A stretch of DNA of 64,000 bases from a bacterium (GTDB taxonomy: Bacteria > Zhuqueibacterota > Zhuqueibacteria > Residuimicrobiales > Krinioviventaceae): positions 2,432,001-2,496,000 of the forward strand of contig OY843751.1 in assembly GCA_963693055.1 (NCBI GenBank). Reading direction: 5' to 3'. Shown piece by piece: positions 61,835 to 64,000 of the stretch. The position numbers and the translations under genes are program-made. The notes below the pieces were generated by a model, which had not been told where the DNA came from, did no database searches, and saw only the letters and a list, made by a program, of their open reading frames with translations. Position 1 is the stretch's first letter, and every line of letters starts with the position of its first letter.

Positions 61835-62169
61835 GAATCTTGAGATGGATTGTTGGATTCATTCTGATAACAGCTTTTTTTGTATACAATTTTGTTTTTT
61901 ATGATGGCCTTTTGCTCTTTAAACTGATCAATGTCAGTCTGTTTTGTACGTTGTTTGTGCTTTATAGAGTAATTGTAGGGCCTACACCAGCTGACCGAAT
62001 TGTTGCTGTTGATATTTTGGGTGTATTGATTGTGGGTATGCTTGCTATTCTTGGTATGTATTATGATCAAAATTTTTTCCTGGATATAGCCTTGATTTGG
62101 GCGTTATTGAGTTTTATTGCATCACTGGCTTTTTCAAAAATCCTTGAAGGGAGGCAGTTGGATGATTAG
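61831..62169 (+). CDS. mrpF: MrpF (MbhB-like) subunit
   Basis: YRVIVGPTPADRIVAVD; FLDIAL..ALLSFI. Confidence 0.9.
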   Translation: MRILRWIVGFILITAFFVYNFVFYDGLLLFKLINVSLFCTLFVLYRVIVGPTPADRIVAVDILGVLIVGMLAILGMYYDQNFFLDIALIWALLSFIASLAFSKILEGRQLDD

Positions 62170-62500
62170 AGAAAATATAGGCATGGTTTTTATTTTTATC
62201 GGCATTGCTTTTGATTTCTTTGGTGTGTTGGGACTCGTACGATTGCCGGATGTTTATAATCGGCTGCAAGCAGCAACAAAATGCGTAACCTTTGGATCAG
62301 CTGGTATATTGTTTGGCGTGTTTCTGATCTATGGATTTAACAATTTTGGATTCAAAGCTATATTGGGAATTATATTTATCTTTTTAACATCACCCGTTGC
62401 CGCGCATGTCATTTCACGAGCAGCACATCGCAGTGGAATTCCGTTAACCCCGGAAACAGTTATTGACGAGTATCAGAACGATAATGAATTAAAAGATTAA
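62162..62500 (+). CDS. mrpG: MrpG (MbhC-like) subunit
   Basis: GLVRLPDVYNRLQAATK; LTSPVAAHVISRAA. Start moved to ATG 62162 (RBS GGAGG). Confidence 0.9.
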   Translation: MIRENIGMVFIFIGIAFDFFGVLGLVRLPDVYNRLQAATKCVTFGSAGILFGVFLIYGFNNFGFKAILGIIFIFLTSPVAAHVISRAAHRSGIPLTPETVIDEYQNDNELKD

Positions 62501-62530
62501 TTAAACATTAACCTCTTTTGGAGACGTTAT

Positions 62531-63133
62531 ATGTTTTTACCCAAATTACGTGAAATCAAAGAAGCGCTGACTTCCTTTTTCAGTGCGCCATATACAACAA
62601 AATTCCCGGCAGAACCGTTTACCGCGGCCAAAGAATATAGAGGTCATCCCCGCTATAATGCTGAATTTTGTATTGGTTGTGGTACTTGCTCTCAGGTATG
62701 CCCTTCAGGTGCCATATCATTTGAGGATGATATTAAAAATGCCACCCGAACTTTGACAGTGGATTATAATGTTTGTATAAATTGTGGGCAATGCCAGGAG
62801 CATTGTATTACTGAACGCGGCATAACTCTGACCAATGAGCACTCGCTGGCTTATATGGATAAAACAGTTCCTGAATCTAAAGAATCTTTGGAACGAGAGT
62901 TGGCAATCTGTGAAAGCTGTGGTAAAGTAGTTGCCTGTAAGAGTCATTTGGTTTGGATTAAAGAACGGCTTGGAGCCAAAGCATATGCGCACCCCAATTT
63001 TATACTGCAAACCCAGGAACAGTTTTTTAATCTTGATCCATATCATGTCAAAAGCCAGATCAGACGTGAAGACCAGTTTAAAATGGTTTGCGCAAAATGC
63101 AGGAATATGATTGTGGTTGTAGATGAATTTTAA
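62531..63133 (+). CDS. NuoI/HycF/MbhN-like 2x[4Fe-4S] subunit with extra C-terminal CxxC pairs
   Basis: YTTKFP...YRG.P; CIGCGTCSQVCP; CINCGQCQEHC; additional CESC and CAKC. Confidence 0.88.
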   Translation: MFLPKLREIKEALTSFFSAPYTTKFPAEPFTAAKEYRGHPRYNAEFCIGCGTCSQVCPSGAISFEDDIKNATRTLTVDYNVCINCGQCQEHCITERGITLTNEHSLAYMDKTVPESKESLERELAICESCGKVVACKSHLVWIKERLGAKAYAHPNFILQTQEQFFNLDPYHVKSQIRREDQFKMVCAKCRNMIVVVDEF

Positions 63134-63596
63134 TGATTTAAAAACAGCGTTATCACCTTATTATCCCTCAGATATTGTATTTCTTGCCCTGGGCAATACT
63201 TTTAGAGGTGATGATGGTGTGGGAATTATTTTTACTCAATACTTGCAAAATACTCAAGAGTTTAGTTGTGCTAATTTTATCTTTGCATATACTACACCTG
63301 AAAATTATTTACAGCAGATTATTGAAATAAAGCCCAAATTGATTGTTTGTATTGACTCGGCCCGGATGGGGAGCGGGCCGGGGGATATTCAGTGGTTGTC
63401 TCCTTCAATGCTGGATTCATTCAGAATCAGCACTCATGCATTTTCAATTTTAATGATAGAAACGTATCTGAAAAATTTTACCCAGTCTCATTTTTTTTAT
63501 ATTGGGATTGAACCGCAACAAACCCTGCCGGATCAAGGCTTATCTCATATTGTAGAAAATCAATTGGCCCTTTTTTTTAAAACAGTTCTTGTATGA
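63123..63596 (+). CDS. hycI: Hydrogenase maturation endopeptidase (HycI-like)
   Basis: LGNTFRGDDGVG; TTPEN; IDSA; STH; IGIEP. Confidence 0.88.
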   Translation: MNFNDLKTALSPYYPSDIVFLALGNTFRGDDGVGIIFTQYLQNTQEFSCANFIFAYTTPENYLQQIIEIKPKLIVCIDSARMGSGPGDIQWLSPSMLDSFRISTHAFSILMIETYLKNFTQSHFFYIGIEPQQTLPDQGLSHIVENQLALFFKTVLV

Positions 63597-63672
63597 TTTT
63601 TTTGCTGTTGATTAAGTGTTTTTCATGTTGTACATTTATTAATATAATCAAATTTTAAAAATTCCTTTAATT

Positions 63673-64000
63673 ATGAAATATCCCAACTCTACAATTTTCA
63701 CCATTGTCATGATTTTAGTAAATCTGCTTCTGGCTGGAGAAAAGAATACACATACAATTCTCCAGGAATGGCAGCTTATTTACAAGGAAAATAATGCTCA
63801 GGGTATTACGATTGTATATGATTTAAATAATGATCAGTATTATTATAATGATACAATTAGGGCCAGGAAACAATATTTACCTGCCTCAACATTCAAATTA
63901 CTCAACTCTTTAATTGCGCTTGAAACCGGTGCAATTAAAGATGAAAATGAAGTAATTAAATGGGATGGAGTGGATCGCGGAATTCCTCAATGGAACCAGG
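63673..64000 (+). CDS. Class D (OXA-type) beta-lactamase family protein, 3'-truncated by the window edge
   Basis: Manual translation MKYPNSTIFTIVMILVNLLLAG...RARKQYLPASTFKLLNSLIALETGAIKDENEVIKWDGVDRGIPQWNQ: signal peptide and PASTFK catalytic motif. Absent from the ORF track because the stop is outside the window. Confidence 0.85.
   Translation, partial: MKYPNSTIFTIVMILVNLLLAGEKNTHTILQEWQLIYKENNAQGITIVYDLNNDQYYYNDTIRARKQYLPASTFKLLNSLIALETGAIKDENEVIKWDGVDRGIPQWNQ

Overview
AT-rich bacterial chromosome segment. The C-terminal YPNPFN...K(M/L)xL(L/I)K FlgD/T9SS-type sorting domains, PorV-like genes and SusD-less TonB-dependent receptors (TBDRs) suggest a non-Bacteroidetes FCB lineage such as KSB1 or Calditrichota (inference only). 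Left to right: a truncated outer-membrane barrel gene, a rubrerythrin-VIT1/CCC1 iron transporter, an LVIVD-repeat surface protein, a lipoprotein, a stand-alone tRNA-Sec and a GH2 beta-galactosidase. Then a ~40 kb nutrient-acquisition region with two TBDR + PorV-like + CTD-cargo modules, a decayed GH5 endoglycoceramidase-like gene, three divergently transcribed phosphoesterases, a LacI regulator with palindromic operators, two PPIase-like lipoproteins, a tandem-domain secreted protein, two giant tandem C10 cysteine proteases and a neutral-ceramidase-family hydrolase. Next, a sensory [FeFe]-hydrogenase-like domain fused to a histidine kinase lies directly upstream of a 17-gene operon with Rex/CRP-type boxes. 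The operon encodes an AsrA/AsrB-like NAD(P)H module, a group 4 [NiFe]-hydrogenase with all four Cys ligands, a full Mrp antiporter set and a maturation protease. The window ends in a truncated class D beta-lactamase gene. No CRISPR array, rRNA, transposase or integrase was seen. All calls come from reading motifs by eye; no searches were run.
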